A stretch of DNA of 64,000 bases. Source: Oopsacas minuta (Eukaryota > Animalia > Porifera). Below are positions 58,601-61,600 of the stretch, piece after piece. Every line of letters begins with the position of its first letter. The first letter of the stretch is position 1. Location of the stretch: the NCBI GenBank assembly GCA_024704765.1, contig JAKMXF010000333.1, positions 124,001-188,000 of the forward strand. Reading direction: 5' to 3'. The notes under the pieces were generated by a model, which saw nothing but the letters and a program-made list of their open reading frames with translations, was not told where the DNA came from and ran no database searches. Made by a program: the position numbers and the translations under genes.

Positions 58601-61600
58601 TCTGAGACAGTTGTTTCTGGATCTCTAGTTATAACCAGTATTACTCTACAGAGTGGTCTTACTAATACAAGTACGGTATTGACCTTTACAGGTGGAGCAG
58701 AATTGAATGGAGATGGAAATATCCTTAGAGTTGGTCTCAGCATCACAGATCTTAATGAGATTAAAAGGCTAAGGCTCTGCTTTCAACAATCTTCATGTTA
58801 TGCCTCGTTTCCATCCTCAGCCCTTCACGACACAAGTTTAAATTTCGTTGTCAACACCACATTCTCACAGCCAATACAGGCCACAAGTATTATCTCTGAT
58901 ACCACCTCTCCTCGATTATCTTTATTTTCCATTTTTAACCTAAACCAAGGTTTCCTTACTTTGGTATTTGATGAAACTATTGAACCTGCTTCTTTAAGAC
59001 CTGAATTGCTAAGTTTGCACATATTTCCAGTAGATTCGGACAGTTATCAACTTTCCTCCAATGCTTCATTCAGTAGTGAAGTTTCAACTAACATCACCAT
59101 TAATCTTACAGCGATTGATGTAGAACAAATCAAACTGAATGAACAGTTATGTTCTCTCCGGTTAAGTTGTTGGGTGAGATTCACTTCCTCCTTCTTGGTA
59201 GATAGAAGTAATAATATGGTTACACCTGTTTCTGAATCTGAACTGGATCTGAATCAAATTCCTAGTGTTTTCATTGGTGATAGTATTAGTCCTGATATTA
59301 CTAATTATTCACTCGATCTTGATGCGAATCGCTTTGTGCTTACGTTTGATGAACCACTTCGTCTTGATAGCTTTACTATATCAGATATATCGATTTTGAA
59401 TTCTTCTAATTCCTCGGGCTCATACTACCAACTTCAAACCAATGATATCTTATCAGGATTTAGCAAGATTGTTTCTTTCACATTGCAAACCGTAGATGTA
59501 TTTGCTATAAAATCCAATAGATTCTTAGCAACTGATATAGATTCTATCTATCTTAGTTTCAGCGATCAATTAGTTACCGATATGGCGTTAAACCCTGTCA
59601 TTCCACATAATGTAACTGGAGAATTGGTCAAAGTTTCAGTTTTTGTTCAAGACATGACAAAACCTCTCCTTATAAACTTTTTGGTGTTGGATATAAATAC
59701 AGGCCAGCTTCAACTTGAATTTGATGAACCTATTGACATAGAAACATTTTTCGTTCAAAGTTTATTCTTAACTAATGATTTTGCTATCTCCACCTCGGTT
59801 AATTTGACAGGAGGAACTGTTGAAACACTGAATTCTGATTCTACAATTTTCCTGTACTTTATTTCCGATTCAGATTACCGGGTTCTGAAGCTTGACCCTA
59901 CAATTGCCACTGATAGAATTGATAGTTTTACTTATATTCTTTCAAACTTTATCTCTGATTATAGTGGGAATTTCTTGGATGCCGTAGTGACACCTCGGCA
60001 AGTGGTTACATTCTTTCCAGACATAACTCAACCTCAATTACTTTCATATGATTTAAACATGAATACTGCTCTCTTATTGCTTACATTCGATGATGTTGTT
60101 ACTAGTAACACACTTGATGCAACTAAGTTTACACTCCAATCTACTAGGTCTGGCATTGGTAGTTCATATCAATTGACAGGTGGTTTCAGCAATATTACCA
60201 ATGATTACGTTATCACTATTATGCTCATGAATTCTGACCTCAATTTCCTAAAAGCCTTATCTGATTTGGCTACTAATGAAAATAATACTTATCTGAGCCT
60301 TCAGTCCGAAGCAATCATGGACAGTTTCGGTCAACCAGTTCGCTCTATTATCATTTCCCAAGCACTCCAAGTATCTAATTTTACTTCTGATATGATAGAA
60401 CCTACCCTAGATATGTTCACCTTCGATGTTGGCTCGGGTGCGCTTACATTTACTTTCTCTGAAACAGTGAACATCAGTACATTCAATTTGGGCACAGTTA
60501 TACTTCAAAATACCGGGAACGGGAATAACCAGGACACCATCTCAATTACACTTTTTGGAGGATATACCAGTCCATCTGATGTTGGTGATATGTTTACAAT
60601 ATTTTTGAATACTTCAGATCTAAATACAATCAAAGAACAACCTAATCTAGGGACAGAGGATAATAATACTTTTATTTCAATTATATCTGGTACCATATCC
60701 GATATGAATGGTAACCCAGTGGTTGGTATTCCTATAACGGCAGCGCTCGGTGCCACCACTCACATACCCGATCTTCAGCCCCCTTCTCTTGTGAGCTGGA
60801 GTTTAGATATGGATAGTGGCATGGTGATTCTCACATTCTCCGAGAGCGTCTCTGCCCTATCTCTTAAACCAGAATTATTTATTTTACAGCACTCAACTTT
60901 ATCAGTTGGCGATCAAATTCAGACTATATCCTTCTTGGCATCGAAAGCTGGTCATGATAATCCTATACTATTCTTCACTCTTCCTTCTGATGACTTAAAT
61001 GCACTTACAAGCAAAATTCAGATTGCTACCTCACAAAGCAACTCGTATATCCGCTTCCAAACAGGTGCAGTACAAGATTTGAATTCTAATTCTATTAATG
61101 CCGTCGGTAATGGAGATGCTATTCAGGCTGAAACTTTCACGCGTGACATGAAAGCTCCAATGCTCGTCAGCTTCACCCTTGATCTTGGTACAGAAGAGTT
61201 AATTCTAACTTTTGACGAAACAGTACGTGGTTCCAGTCTCATTGTATCTAAGCTCTCCTTAGTCAATTCAAATACCTCTTCTTCTGGCCTTATCAACATC
61301 ACAGTTGAGGAAATTGATACTACAGCAATTAACTCAAGCATATTACGTATACAGCTAACCATTGACTTTCTCAACGAAGTGAAAAGATTTGTCACGATTG
61401 GGACTGAACCTTCGAATACCTACTTGATTCACGAAAGTAATGTTGTGGCAGATATGAGTTCCAATCCAGCCGATTCTCTCATTCTCCAGCTTGCAGTTCA
61501 AGCCCAACAAATTAACAGAGACACTCAATCTCCATCTCTTAATGAATTTGACCTCGATTTGGATACCAATTCTCTTGTTATCAGTTTTTCTGAAACTGTT